Shown: positions 1-10,321, numbered from the stretch's first letter. The stretch: 64,000 nt of DNA from Opitutia bacterium (GCA_050506795.1 JBJHCF010000010.1:1-64000), one strand, 5' to 3'. The notes: generated by a model from the sequence alone, not told the origin. Translations and numbers: made by a program.

Positions 1-57
1 GGGTGTGGGGTGGGGGGGGTGGGGGTGTGGGGTGTGGGGTGTGGGGTGTGGGGTGTG
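1..57. repeat. G-rich heptamer tandem repeat (GGGGTGT)n, truncated at window edge
   Basis: Imperfect GGGGTGT units read directly from the sequence. Confidence 0.85.
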
Positions 58-787
58 ATAGTCATGTTTTATCGTATTGCACATTATTGATGTTGCCTTC
101 CACCGCAAAGCTCAAGCTTTTTTTTTGAGAAAACCGCGTCTGGGCCAAATCCATCCGGCGAGTTTACCTCGGGAGATCGCCGCGAACTCCGGAGGGATAA
201 AGCCGGTCGACACGCAATTGAAATCCTACCTTAATACCGACTTGAGCGAAAGGCACTCGGATAAAGCTCCTCGTGTATCTTCTCCACATCCTGTAAATTC
301 TGACCATCCTGTCCGAAAATTAGCCACAACACCCGTTTTAGGACAGGACTGATAGGATAGACCGGAAATATTGCGGGGTGGTCCCGTTTTGGAATACTAT
401 GAAAACCAAGCCCGATGCTGCGGGCTCTGGTCCACCACGGAATTTTTGACCACAGATTACGCGAAATACACGGAATTATGGCGGGCAGGATGTCCGCGCT
501 CCCAAGGGCTTCCTATCCGCGCTAGAGTGCATGGTGCTCGGTTAAGGCCGCTCATCGAAGCAGCTTAGTCCTACTTTGGCAAGTTTACCTAAAACCACAC
601 CCGGTTTTTAAGCATTGCTATACTCTGAAGGTTCTCACACGAAGTCACGCCCTCGACGAGCTCAGGCCGCTGAGAACTCACGGGTTCCGGTCCGGTTGAA
701 CTCGCCGTGTCTCCGTGCCTCCGTGTGAGACCAATTTCCGCTGTATGAAAGGATTCGTTAACACTATAACCAAGCGGAATCAGGCAT

Positions 788-955
788 AACCGAACCGCAT
801 CAGCTATTCCCGTGGAGGGCCATGCTCCCGCATGGCCGCCGACCTGGGAGCGCGGGCATCTTGCCCGCACCGGCGGCGCGGGAGCGCCGCCCTCCAGGAA
901 GCAGAATCCCAATCTCGATTCGGTTTCATCAAACGATGAACCGCCATAACGGAGC
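788..955 (+). repeat. Composite REP/MITE-like element, copy 1
   Basis: Core ggccgccgacctgggagcgcgggcatc(c/t)tgcccgcaccggcggcgcgggagcgccgccctccagga is near-identical to 20929-21100 and 56503-56607. Confidence 0.85.
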
Positions 956-1005
956 GCCTTTCCCTCAGCGAGGCACAGCCTCAGACCTGTTGGGCAGGAA
1001 GGAAT

Positions 1006-1092
1006 TCAACCACTGATAGACACTGATCGAGAAGAACTTCTCTACGAGGCTATCAGTATCAGTGTCCATCAGTGTGCATCAGTGGTTCAAAA
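1006..1092. repeat. Palindromic repeat of the aaccac-(a/t)ga type
   Basis: aaccactgatagacactgat ... atcagtgtccatcagtgtgcatcagtggtt inverted arms. Confidence 0.6.
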
Positions 1093-1259
1093 ATGGAAAT
1101 GCCAACAAGCTATGGCATCTAATCCTCTGCGACCTTCCAATCTCCGCGGTGCAAAAACTTGACTCATTTGCAACAGGTTTCCGCTTTTCAGGACTCTTGA
1201 GTCCTAAAACCGGAGAAGTTGTTATAGCTGGGTAAGTTTTACGATAGCCGAGGGAAAAA

Positions 1260-1307
1260 GTAGCTCACGCTTCCAGCGTGAATTCGCACGCAAGATGCGT
1301 GCACTAC
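1260..1307. repeat. GTAG-type REP doublet
   Basis: gtagctcacgcttccagcgtg ... cacgcaagatgcgtgcactac: GTAG/CTAC ends, each followed by a short hairpin. Confidence 0.6.
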
Positions 1308-1363
1308 TGCTGGTCTGAGGCTTTGCCTCGCTGAGCCCCAGGACTCTGTCGGGCTTCGCCTCG

Positions 1364-2389
1364 TTAAAAATTCCTCCGGACATCGACCTCGTCATCCAGG
1401 GGGCGGCCTTGCAGGAGGTATTCCGTGAGGCGGCGGGCGAAGGGAGGGGCGATGGTGACTCCTTTCGAACCGAGGCCGTTGAAGATTCCCACTGTATCGA
1501 ATCCGGGGTGGAGGCCGAGGACGGGTTTGGTGTCCTTTACGATCGCGCGTACTCCGGCCCGGTGATCGAGCGGTTCCGGCGGAACGTCGCCGGCGAGCGT
1601 GGCATAGGCCTGTTCCAGTTCCAGGCGACCGGCAACGGTCGGGACTTCGTCCAGACGGTCCCATTCGTAGGTCGAACCCACCCGAACCCGCCCGTCACCC
1701 AACGGAAGCAGCCATTTGCCGTTGTTCAGGATCGTATCGCCAGCCAATGCCGGCGCGCGCAGTGTCAGGATCTCGCCCTTGGCGGGAGTGAAGGGCAGCC
1801 AGTCGAACCAGGGATTGGACGCGGCCTGGTAACCTTCACAAAAGATGACTTTGCCCGCCCGCACCTCCTGCCAGGAAACGCCGCTCCTTTCCACCTTCAG
1901 GTCATCATAGGAAAACTCGGCCCGGAGCAGAGTCCTGTTTTCATCGAGGAACTTCGCCGAACGATCGAGAAAGACTGCCGTATCCAAAAAACCTGACGGC
2001 TGAAACTCCAGCACCTCGCTGTCGGAGCCGGGCGAACAAGCCTCGGTCAAGTAGGGTTTCAATTCTCCGGAGGCCAACCGCTTCGGCCAGTAACGGGAGC
2101 GCTGCTCCAGTGTGAGGAAACGTCGCATGACCCGCGGATGATACACCGTCACCCCGTGACGTCCCTCCCACCGGCGGTAATACGCCAGGGCTTCGGGCAG
2201 CAGTTCTTCCACCCGCCAGCTCGGCGCCAGGCGTTTGCCGGCCACCGGGTTGATGATGCCCGCCGCCACGCGTGAGGCGCACCTGTGGCCGGCATCCACC
2301 ACCAGCACTCGATTCCCACGCTCCAACAATTCCAACGCCAGAACCGTCCCGGCCAGCCCCTGCCCGACTATGAGGAAATCGACTCGCAC
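1364..2389 (-). CDS. FAD-dependent oxidoreductase (DAO/glycine oxidase family)
   Basis: N-terminal IVGQGLAG Rossmann motif, ASRVAAG, PAKGEIL, C-terminal GLGSKG. Confidence 0.85.
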   Translation of the reverse strand: MRVDFLIVGQGLAGTVLALELLERGNRVLVVDAGHRCASRVAAGIINPVAGKRLAPSWRVEELLPEALAYYRRWEGRHGVTVYHPRVMRRFLTLEQRSRYWPKRLASGELKPYLTEACSPGSDSEVLEFQPSGFLDTAVFLDRSAKFLDENRTLLRAEFSYDDLKVERSGVSWQEVRAGKVIFCEGYQAASNPWFDWLPFTPAKGEILTLRAPALAGDTILNNGKWLLPLGDGRVRVGSTYEWDRLDEVPTVAGRLELEQAYATLAGDVPPEPLDHRAGVRAIVKDTKPVLGLHPGFDTVGIFNGLGSKGVTIAPPFARRLTEYLLQGRPLDDEVDVRRNF

Positions 2390-2482
2390 TGCGTTTCAAT
2401 TTTCAAATTTCAAATCCCCTTCCCCAAGCGTGACGCTTTTCCTTTGCCCGCGAAAGCAGAATCTGCCATGGGATGACTCTTC

Positions 2483-2902
2483 ATGTCCGGACCTTGGAGG
2501 CAACTTACCGTCGGATTTCTATTGCTCCTTCTTTTCGGGGGCTGCGGCACCACTCAGGATCACCGCATCCGCGTTTACCCCCGTGATTTCCAGGCGCTCG
2601 ATGCGGAACGTCAGGACCTGATTCGCGCCGGGCGCATCGACTACGGTTTCAGTCCACGCATGGTCTATATGGCGCTGGGAGAAGCACGGGAACAGCGCCA
2701 GATCATGACCGCCGACGGTGAGCGCACCGTCTGGACCTACGCCGGGCTCATCCGGGAAACCGACGATGGAAAAGCGCCTTTCCGCACCACGAGCGACCTG
2801 ATCTGGGGGTCGCCCTTCCGAAAACAGGCCTACGATCACCTGCAGGTGGTTTTCGAAGACGGCGAAGTCACCGGAATTCACACCTTCCCCCGTCGCCCCT
2901 AG
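2483..2902 (+). CDS. Lipoprotein, SmpA/OmlA-like small outer-membrane protein
   Basis: Lipobox LFGGC; G.S..MV.MALGE and VVFEDGEV motifs. Confidence 0.65.
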   Translation: MSGPWRQLTVGFLLLLLFGGCGTTQDHRIRVYPRDFQALDAERQDLIRAGRIDYGFSPRMVYMALGEAREQRQIMTADGERTVWTYAGLIRETDDGKAPFRTTSDLIWGSPFRKQAYDHLQVVFEDGEVTGIHTFPRRP

Positions 2903-2908
2903 CCTGAA

Positions 2909-4249
2909 TCAAACCTGGCCGCCGCGCGCGGGCTTGGGCAGGGAGAAGGCAATCAACAGGGGAACCAACAGAATAATCGCTCCGACCGCGTAGGAAACCG
3001 TCGCTCCGTACCACCAGAAAAGGAAACTCGCCACCAGCGGCCCAATGGCGCGACCCAGAGATCCGAGTGAACGAAATACCCCCATGGTCGCCCCTTGCTT
3101 GTCGGCCGCGGCGTACAGCGAAACCAGGGCGGACAGTGCCGGGTTGATGAATCCCGATCCCACAGCCATAAACGCGAGGCCCCCGTACAGAAGGACCGGA
3201 GAGTGGGCCAGGCCGACCAGCAGCAAACCGATAGCCACCAGCAGCAACCCCCAGATGGTCACCGCCTTTTCTCCGATCAAGGGCACCGCCTTACGGACGA
3301 GCAATCCCTGGGTGAGCACGATGATCAAGCCGACGTAAACGAACAGGTAGGCCAGTTGCGCCGGTCCGTAATCGAAGCGTTGACTGGCGAGAAAGGTCAA
3401 AGTGAACTCCATGCCGCTAAACGCCAGCACGTAAACAAAGAAAACCCAGTTGGCCCGCCGGAGTTCCGGCCGCAAACGCGCCCGGAGCAAAACGCCAGGG
3501 GTCCGTTCCTCGAAGTAGTTCCCCCTCCGGTCGGGCGGCAAGGTCTCGCGGAAGCGACGCCAGACCCAAATGAGATTACCGGCCGACAGGATAAAGGCGA
3601 CCAAAGCCGGCCCCGAAAACGGGTTGACCCCCCAGGCCTCCAGTGCCGGAACCAGCGCGAGAATATCCAGATGGGCACTCAGGCCTCCGATCGCCGGCCC
3701 CATGATAAACCCGAGACCGAAAGCAATTCCAACCAAGGCCATGCCCTTGGCCCGGCGCTCCGGCGGGGTAACATCGGCGATCGCCGCCGACGCCACCGAC
3801 AGGTTCCCCGCCATCAGACCGCCCAACAGACGTGCCAGGATGAAGAGGAGAAACGAACCGCTGAAAAACCAAAGTCCGTAACTGAGCGCGGTGCCGCCCA
3901 CCGTAAACAAGAGGATGGTCCGACGCCCGAAACGGTCCGAAAGCCGTCCCCAAAAGGGAGCGGAGAGGAATTGCAGAAACGCGTAAATGGCTCCCAGAAA
4001 CCCGCCGAAAAGGACCGGCAGGTAATGGCCGCTGCCCTCTCCCGGTTGATCGAAAGTCCGCAGAAACTCCAGCAGGGCTCCCAGCAACCCATCGCTGCCC
4101 TCCCGTGACAGGTAGTGTTCCAGAATTCCGGGAAAAAGCGGGAAAATGATGGAAAAGCCAATCAGATCGATAAAAAGCGTCAGGAAGATCACTCCCAGCG
4201 ACAGGCTTCGCTCGGAGGCTCCCGGTTGATCGATCGATGATTCCTTCAT
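2909..4249 (-). CDS. MFS transporter (DHA1/TetA-like family)
   Basis: About 12 TM segments, motif A GRLSDRFGRR, GFIMGPAIGG; ATG at 4249 preferred. Confidence 0.9.
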   Translation of the reverse strand: MKESSIDQPGASERSLSLGVIFLTLFIDLIGFSIIFPLFPGILEHYLSREGSDGLLGALLEFLRTFDQPGEGSGHYLPVLFGGFLGAIYAFLQFLSAPFWGRLSDRFGRRTILLFTVGGTALSYGLWFFSGSFLLFILARLLGGLMAGNLSVASAAIADVTPPERRAKGMALVGIAFGLGFIMGPAIGGLSAHLDILALVPALEAWGVNPFSGPALVAFILSAGNLIWVWRRFRETLPPDRRGNYFEERTPGVLLRARLRPELRRANWVFFVYVLAFSGMEFTLTFLASQRFDYGPAQLAYLFVYVGLIIVLTQGLLVRKAVPLIGEKAVTIWGLLLVAIGLLLVGLAHSPVLLYGGLAFMAVGSGFINPALSALVSLYAAADKQGATMGVFRSLGSLGRAIGPLVASFLFWWYGATVSYAVGAIILLVPLLIAFSLPKPARGGQV

Positions 4250-4433
4250 AGCAGACTGGAGACACACTCAAAGATTGCCGACCGGTGCAAGCCGAATAGT
4301 CCCGGTCGAAACATCGAACGCCGGCTTTTTCAAAGGCCGCCTGAAAAAGCATCTCAGAACGAAAACCTGAAATCCTTCGCTTTAAACGACGGATAGCGCC
4401 CCACGCACCCTCGCTCCACGCCCCACCAAAGCC

Positions 4434-5735
4434 TCACTCCGCCCGCCGCAGCAGAAATGCGCCTCCTCCGTCGTGACCGGTTTCCCAGGGGAAATGCGGG
4501 CGGGCGGATTCGAGCGTAAAAGTCCCGCCGCTGGCGGTGGCAAACCCCTCGACCAATTCCCGGTTTTCTTCCGGTTCGATGCTGCACGTGCTGTAAACGA
4601 GGCGCCCACCCGGGCGCACAAAGGCGGCGGCGGAACGCAGAAACTCCGCTTGCAGGCCGGTCAGTTCGCGTAGGATTTCCGGAGTCAGACTCCAGCGAGC
4701 GTCGGTGCGGCGCCGAAAAACTCCCGTATTCGAGCAAGGGACATCCAACAAGACGGCATCATAAACGCCCGGCAGGTTGCGCGATTCGAGGTCGGCGGGC
4801 GTCACCCCCGGCAGTTCCGCACCCACCGGCCGCGCCGCGCACCACGGGTAGCGGGCCAGGTTTTCCTCCAACCGGCGAAACCGGACTCCCGGCCGGTCCA
4901 GACAAACCGGGCCCGGACCTCCGCCGGACCGCAGGGCATCGGCCAGAAGCAGCGTCTTGCCGCCGGGCGCGGCACAAAGATCGAGCACGTTCTCGCCCGC
5001 GGAAGGGCTCAGGAGTTCGGGCGCCAGCCGGGTGGAAGGATCCTGGATGTAGCCGCGGCCCGAAGCCAGCAGGACGCGAGCCGCCTCCCAGCCGTTGTCG
5101 ACGATTCGGTAAAAGCCGGGCCAGGGGGTCGGTGCCAACCCATCGCTCGCCTCCGCGGGCAGAGGGCCGAAAACCCGGAGGAAATCCTCCGCCGGGCGCT
5201 GATTCCACTCCAGAAGTCCCCGTGTTTCCTCCAGTCCAAATTCACGCAACCATTTCTTCACCAACCACTTCGGGTGACTGTACCGCTGGGCGAGGCCAGG
5301 CGCGTCGGAAGGCGTTTCCTCCAGGCGGGCACGGAGAATCTCCGGAACCTTGCGTAGAACCGCATTGGCCAGACGAGCCTCGGGTGCGCTGACCAGTCGC
5401 TTGGCCTTTCCCACCGCGTGGTGCACCACCTGCTCGACCGCCGCGCCCTGCCCGCGAACGGAAGCCAGCAGTTCGTAACCCGCCGCCAGCAGCAACGCCC
5501 GCAAAACGCCCTTGGGAGAGCGCCGCATATTTTGATTGATAGCCCACTCGATCAGGGTTATATTCCTGATAACGCCGTAAAACAGATTCTGGCATCGCCT
5601 CCGTTCATCGGGGGGCAAACGGTCGGTGAGCCCCTCCACAGGGCGCCCGGGCCGGTTTTTCGTTTTCAGAAAGTCGTTGATTAGGGAAACCGCCGATTCC
5701 CAGGCATCGGGCGTTTGGTTCTTTTTGCTTTTCAT
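4434..5735 (-). CDS. rsmB: 16S rRNA m5C967 methyltransferase RsmB/Sun (NusB-like N-terminus)
   Basis: YIQD, LDLCAAPGGKT, LDVPCSNTG, LVYSTCS motifs. Confidence 0.85.
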   Translation of the reverse strand: MKSKKNQTPDAWESAVSLINDFLKTKNRPGRPVEGLTDRLPPDERRRCQNLFYGVIRNITLIEWAINQNMRRSPKGVLRALLLAAGYELLASVRGQGAAVEQVVHHAVGKAKRLVSAPEARLANAVLRKVPEILRARLEETPSDAPGLAQRYSHPKWLVKKWLREFGLEETRGLLEWNQRPAEDFLRVFGPLPAEASDGLAPTPWPGFYRIVDNGWEAARVLLASGRGYIQDPSTRLAPELLSPSAGENVLDLCAAPGGKTLLLADALRSGGGPGPVCLDRPGVRFRRLEENLARYPWCAARPVGAELPGVTPADLESRNLPGVYDAVLLDVPCSNTGVFRRRTDARWSLTPEILRELTGLQAEFLRSAAAFVRPGGRLVYSTCSIEPEENRELVEGFATASGGTFTLESARPHFPWETGHDGGGAFLLRRAE

Positions 5736-5793
5736 CGAAAAGCCAAAGATGGCACAATTAACTCTTTTCCTTCAATAAACCTCTCAGATCATT

Positions 5794-7644
5794 ATGACCG
5801 AGGACGCCGTTCAAGAACTCATTGAAAAAAATCCGGTACTTAAGCCGGCACGCGACAAACTGCTGCAAATGCAGCCGGGCCGCTATTGCATACACCAGAG
5901 CTGGGGCTTCGGGCAGATCAAGGAATACCAGGAAGCCGAAAACCGGGTCATCATCGATTTTCAGGACAAGGCCGGCCATTCGATGGACCCGGCTTTCTGT
6001 GCCAACACCATGGAGATCCTGCCGAACGAACACCTGCTGGTACGTCAGCAGACCGAACCGGCGGTGATCGAGGAAATGATCGACCGCAATCCGGCCGAGC
6101 TGGTCAAGGCCGCCCTCAGGCAATTCCCCAATCAGGCCGCCACCGGCCTGGAGCTGGAATCGCTCCTGACCCGGGTGCTGGGACCAAACAAATTCAAACG
6201 CTGGTGGACCGCCACCAAGCGCCAGCTGGCAAAGGATCCCCATGTGGCGGTTCCGGCCAAGAAGAGCGAGTGCTACTACATGCGCGAACAAGCGCTCGAC
6301 GCGGAACAGGAGATCCTGGAACACTACGAAGCCACCCAGTCGGCCAAGCGCAAGATTCGCCTGGCCCGGGATATTCTGGAGCACAGCGAAAACCGTCCGG
6401 ACCTGCACGAGTCCCTCGGACGCATGCTGGACGACCTCAATCACATCATCGCCGAGAGCAATCAGATCACGCTGGCGGAGCGCGTGCAAGGGGCCTGGAT
6501 TCGCGATGACCTGGCCAGGATCATCGGACGGGACGGGCAATCCCTGGAACCGACCAGCGGTTCCCTGATCGCGGATGCCAACTCCCTGTATCAAATCGCG
6601 GAGGCCCTGCCCAGCAACCAGCAGAAGCGCCTCCTGGTGCTGATCAAGGAAACCTACCCGGGGGAATGGAAGCCGATGGTTTTCGACCTGTTGAAAAACA
6701 GTCACGGAAAATTCACCACCGAGTGCATTAATTTCCTGCTGGAAAACAACTGTGAAGAAGAGTTGGCGGCCACCCTGCGCCGTTGGCTCAACGAGCAGAA
6801 CCTGCGGGCGCCGGTGCTCTACTGGGTCGTCAAGAACCGCAACTCACGGAAATTCGCCAACCTGATGAACGGCCTGATCCGGCCGCGGTTGCTGAACGCG
6901 ATCTTTTTCGCCATCGACTACGAAGCGCTGCAGTTGGCTGGTTCCCGCAAGATTCCACTGGCCGAGCTATTGCACGATGACCGCGAGTTGATCCGCGATC
7001 TTCTGCTGACCGCGGACACCGAGATCGCCCGCGACCTGGCCAACAACCTGCTCATTAACCAGGGTTTCGAAGAATTGACCAAGAAGTCCCTCCTGGCGCG
7101 CTTCATCAAACACTTCCCCAGCGTGCAGAGCCTGGTGTCCAGCGAAACCGAGACGGAACGCGAACGTCTGATCGTCTCGCGGGAAAGCTACGATCGCCGC
7201 GGCCGCGAATACGAGGAGATCGTCAGCAAAAAAATTCCGGAGAACAGCAAAGCGATCGCCACCGCGATGGAGCACGGCGACTTGCGGGAGAACTCGGAAT
7301 ACAAAATGGCCAAACAGGATCAGCAGATGCTGCTGGCCCGCAAAGCCAATCTGGAGAAGGATCTTTCCCGCGCGGAAATCACCGATTTCTCAGGCGCCAC
7401 CCTGGAACAGGTGGGCATCGGCAGCGTGGTTGGCCTTCGACAAGGCTCCACCAACCGCAAGGTGGTCTACTCGATCCTGGGAGCGTGGGACAGCGATCCG
7501 GACAACAACATCCTCTCCTACAAGACTCCTCTGAGCCAAACACTGCTGGGACGCAAAACCGGCGAAACCGTGGAGGTGCAAATCGGCGACAACACCGAAA
7601 CCTGGACCATCGAATCCATCGATCGCTACCGCAAGGAGGATTGA
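5794..7644 (+). CDS. greA: Long-form transcription elongation factor GreA
   Basis: C-terminal AMEHGDLRENSEYKMAK and ILGAWDSDP..LSYKTPL; long N-terminal extension of the PVC/spirochete type. Confidence 0.85.
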   Translation: MTEDAVQELIEKNPVLKPARDKLLQMQPGRYCIHQSWGFGQIKEYQEAENRVIIDFQDKAGHSMDPAFCANTMEILPNEHLLVRQQTEPAVIEEMIDRNPAELVKAALRQFPNQAATGLELESLLTRVLGPNKFKRWWTATKRQLAKDPHVAVPAKKSECYYMREQALDAEQEILEHYEATQSAKRKIRLARDILEHSENRPDLHESLGRMLDDLNHIIAESNQITLAERVQGAWIRDDLARIIGRDGQSLEPTSGSLIADANSLYQIAEALPSNQQKRLLVLIKETYPGEWKPMVFDLLKNSHGKFTTECINFLLENNCEEELAATLRRWLNEQNLRAPVLYWVVKNRNSRKFANLMNGLIRPRLLNAIFFAIDYEALQLAGSRKIPLAELLHDDRELIRDLLLTADTEIARDLANNLLINQGFEELTKKSLLARFIKHFPSVQSLVSSETETERERLIVSRESYDRRGREYEEIVSKKIPENSKAIATAMEHGDLRENSEYKMAKQDQQMLLARKANLEKDLSRAEITDFSGATLEQVGIGSVVGLRQGSTNRKVVYSILGAWDSDPDNNILSYKTPLSQTLLGRKTGETVEVQIGDNTETWTIESIDRYRKED

Positions 7645-7678
7645 TTCCTGCGACGCGGAGCCGCGCGCATTCGCCGCC

Positions 7679-8620
7679 GTGCCTGATCCCTGGGATACGT
7701 TAAAACTGTTGGCCGATCCGACGCGACTTCGTCTCGTCGCGCTTCTGCAGTTGGATGAACTTTCCGTGGCCGAACTGCAGGAGATCCTCGACATGGGGCA
7801 ATCCCGCATATCGTCTCATCTGGCCCTCCTGCGGCAAGGCGGCCTGGTCAGTGATCGGCGGCAAGGTAAAAAGACCTTCTATTCGTTGAATCCAGACCTG
7901 CCGGCCGCCACCCGCGACCTGACCGATTCCGCCTGTCGCGCGGCCGGAAATCTGCCTCAATTGCGCGAGGACCGTCGGAATCTCAACCGGATTCTGGAGC
8001 GGCGCCAACGGTTCTCCGAGGAGTACTTCAATTCGCTGGCCGGAAGATTTGGGAAAAACTATTGTCCCGGACGCTCTTGGGAGGCCTTCGGTCATTTCCT
8101 CCTGCGGACCACCCCGGCCATCGATATCGCCGACCTCGGGGCGGGCGAAGGCACCATTTCCCAGCTCCTCGCCCAACGGGCCAGACAGGTTTACTGTGTC
8201 GACCAATCGCGGCGCATGGTGGACGTCGGCACAGAGCTGGCCCGCAAGAACAGCATCACCAATCTGGAGTACCTTCTGGGAGACATTGAAAAGGTTCCTC
8301 TCCCGGACACTTCGGTCGACCTGGCCCTGCTGAGCCAGGCTCTGCACCACGCCCGTCACCCGCAGACTGCGGTCCGGGAAGCTTACCGCATCCTGCGCCC
8401 GGCCGGCCAAATCGTCATTCTCGATCTCAAGGAACACGATTTCGAAAAGGCGCGCGACCTGTACGCCGACCTTTGGCTGGGGTTTTCGGAAAACCGTCTT
8501 TACGAGTTCCTCCGCGAGGCCGGATTCAAGAATATCGAGGTGAACACCGTGTTCCGGGAAAAACAGGAGCCCCACTTCGAGACAATCATGGCCGCCGCGA
8601 TCAAACCCGGCGCCGCCTGA
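7679..8620 (+). CDS. ArsR-family regulator fused to SAM-methyltransferase domain (SahR-like)
   Basis: LADPTRLRL...QSRISSHL HTH followed by ADLGAGEG and SQALHHA. Confidence 0.85.
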   Translation: MPDPWDTLKLLADPTRLRLVALLQLDELSVAELQEILDMGQSRISSHLALLRQGGLVSDRRQGKKTFYSLNPDLPAATRDLTDSACRAAGNLPQLREDRRNLNRILERRQRFSEEYFNSLAGRFGKNYCPGRSWEAFGHFLLRTTPAIDIADLGAGEGTISQLLAQRARQVYCVDQSRRMVDVGTELARKNSITNLEYLLGDIEKVPLPDTSVDLALLSQALHHARHPQTAVREAYRILRPAGQIVILDLKEHDFEKARDLYADLWLGFSENRLYEFLREAGFKNIEVNTVFREKQEPHFETIMAAAIKPGAA

Positions 8621-8626
8621 TCCCCC

Positions 8627-9553
8627 TCAGGCCTCCAGAACCACCAGGGCGATCTCCGGCCGACAATTAAAGCGCACCGGCGCCCGGATCATGCCCAGCC
8701 CCCGATTGACCAGCATAGTAAGGTTTCCGCGCGAAAAAACACCTTCCGCGTACCGGCTTCCGTAATTTGAGGGAATGTATTGCGGCAGCGGTCCGTAAAA
8801 CGGCACCCGCACCTGGCCGCCGTGGGTGTGGCCGGAAAGTATGAGGGCATTCCTCGTCTCGTCCATTTCGGGAAAAAGGTCGGGGTTATGCATCATCACG
8901 AGCACCGGTTCGTCCGGATGAATCCCCCGGAAAGCCATTTCCGTATTCACCATCTGAGTGCCGTAATCGCGCAGTCCGACCAACGCCAAACGCGCGTCGT
9001 CGATTTCCAGATGAAGATTCTGATCCTGCAACAAGGAAACCCCCGCCGCGTCCATCACCTCGCGGGTTTCGTAAAAGGCCGCCGCCACGTCGTGATTCCC
9101 CAGAACCGCGAACACCCCCAGACGCGCCCGAAACCTCCGGAAAAGCCCCGCCAGCGGGGCGACAAAATTCTCTCTGGTTCGCGCGCGTCCGACCTCCCGG
9201 TCCATGGTAACGTAATCACCGGTCAACAAGACCACATCCGGAGCCAGTTGATTCACCCGGTCCACACAGGACTCCAGGTACGAGAGCGGAACGATTTCGC
9301 TGTGGTGCAGGTCGGTTAACTGAACCACACGCAGACCGGCAAACGCCGGCGGCAGCCCCTTCAGCCGGAAAGTTCTCCGGGTCACCACCGGAGCATACGA
9401 GGCGTAATGAAAGACATAACCGTAGCCTCCGCCCGATACCAGAGCGAGCGCCACCAGAGATTTGAGGAAAGCCCGCCTGGTCAAACGCTTTTTCCGCGAA
9501 TTTCCGGCGGATGCCTCACGCAGGAACCCGGGTGGAGACACACCTGCCCTCAT
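8627..9553 (-). CDS. Metallophosphoesterase (YkuE-like) with twin-arginine-like signal
   Basis: TDLH, TGD, GNHD, HNPD, GHTHGGQ motifs; TRRAFLK. Confidence 0.9.
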   Translation of the reverse strand: MRAGVSPPGFLREASAGNSRKKRLTRRAFLKSLVALALVSGGGYGYVFHYASYAPVVTRRTFRLKGLPPAFAGLRVVQLTDLHHSEIVPLSYLESCVDRVNQLAPDVVLLTGDYVTMDREVGRARTRENFVAPLAGLFRRFRARLGVFAVLGNHDVAAAFYETREVMDAAGVSLLQDQNLHLEIDDARLALVGLRDYGTQMVNTEMAFRGIHPDEPVLVMMHNPDLFPEMDETRNALILSGHTHGGQVRVPFYGPLPQYIPSNYGSRYAEGVFSRGNLTMLVNRGLGMIRAPVRFNCRPEIALVVLEA

Positions 9554-9718
9554 GGCCGTTTTCCGTGGTCCGAATCCATTGAAAAATCAAGGCGTGCCGA
9601 TCGCGAAAGCCTTCCGTACCGAAAAAACACTTTCATCGTTCCGCTGATTGCCGTTTGAATGAACATTCAACATTATTCGCATACTTAAGGCAGACAGAAC
9701 AAAGCTTCCAGTTTTTTG

Positions 9719-10321
9719 ATGGAAAACGAACACGACAGGTTGAAAACGTTGCGGCACGCCAGAATTCGGCGAGTCAAGCAACTACTGCGCTGGCTTCCGC
9801 GGCGCACCAACCTCGACACCTACCCGGTCCTCAAATGGTTTGCGCAACACGCCCGGAAACGGCCCTTCCTCTGGTCGTTTAAAGTTCCGAATGTTTCGCC
9901 GGCTTTTTACGCCGGATCCATTCTGGCTTTTCTCCCGCTTTACGGCGCCCAACTGCTGTTGGCGTTTTTCGCCGCGCTTCTTTTTCGGGCCAATCTGCCC
10001 ATTATGTGCGGGCTTCAACTGGTGACCAACCCGTTCACCGTGCCGTTTATCTACTGGTTCAATGTGTTTCTTGGCCGGCGGGTAATCCGATTCTTCACGT
10101 TCGGCGGAGACCCGGGCATGTGGAACAACTGGATGTTTTCCATGATTGTCGGAGGATTCTTTCTCGGGCTGGTGGTGGGAATCGTTCTGGACCTTTTGTA
10201 CCGCATCGCCGCCTGGCAGGCCGCCACCCAGTATCAGAAGTTAAAAACCTCCCGGGTAACGACCGGGCCCGATCCGGCCTCGACCGAACGCGGGCCAAGC
10301 GACTTACCGGGACCCCGATAG
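9719..10321 (+). CDS. DUF2062-family membrane protein
   Basis: AFLPLYGAQ, ANLP, VTNPFT motifs and hydrophobic segments. Confidence 0.75.
   Translation: MENEHDRLKTLRHARIRRVKQLLRWLPRRTNLDTYPVLKWFAQHARKRPFLWSFKVPNVSPAFYAGSILAFLPLYGAQLLLAFFAALLFRANLPIMCGLQLVTNPFTVPFIYWFNVFLGRRVIRFFTFGGDPGMWNNWMFSMIVGGFFLGLVVGIVLDLLYRIAAWQAATQYQKLKTSRVTTGPDPASTERGPSDLPGPR

Noticed and set aside
1..57. Telomere-like or functional G-quadruplex element
   Set aside because: It sits at the window edge, is imperfect, and fits the heptamer-repeat class or a low-quality sequence end; function cannot be supported.
2909..4249. Acquired tetracycline-resistance gene tetA
   Set aside because: Only family-level MFS motifs; host-like composition, no tetR and no mobile context.
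5794..7644. Novel GreA fusion
   Set aside because: Long N-terminally extended GreA is already known in Chlamydiae, spirochetes and related PVC lineages.
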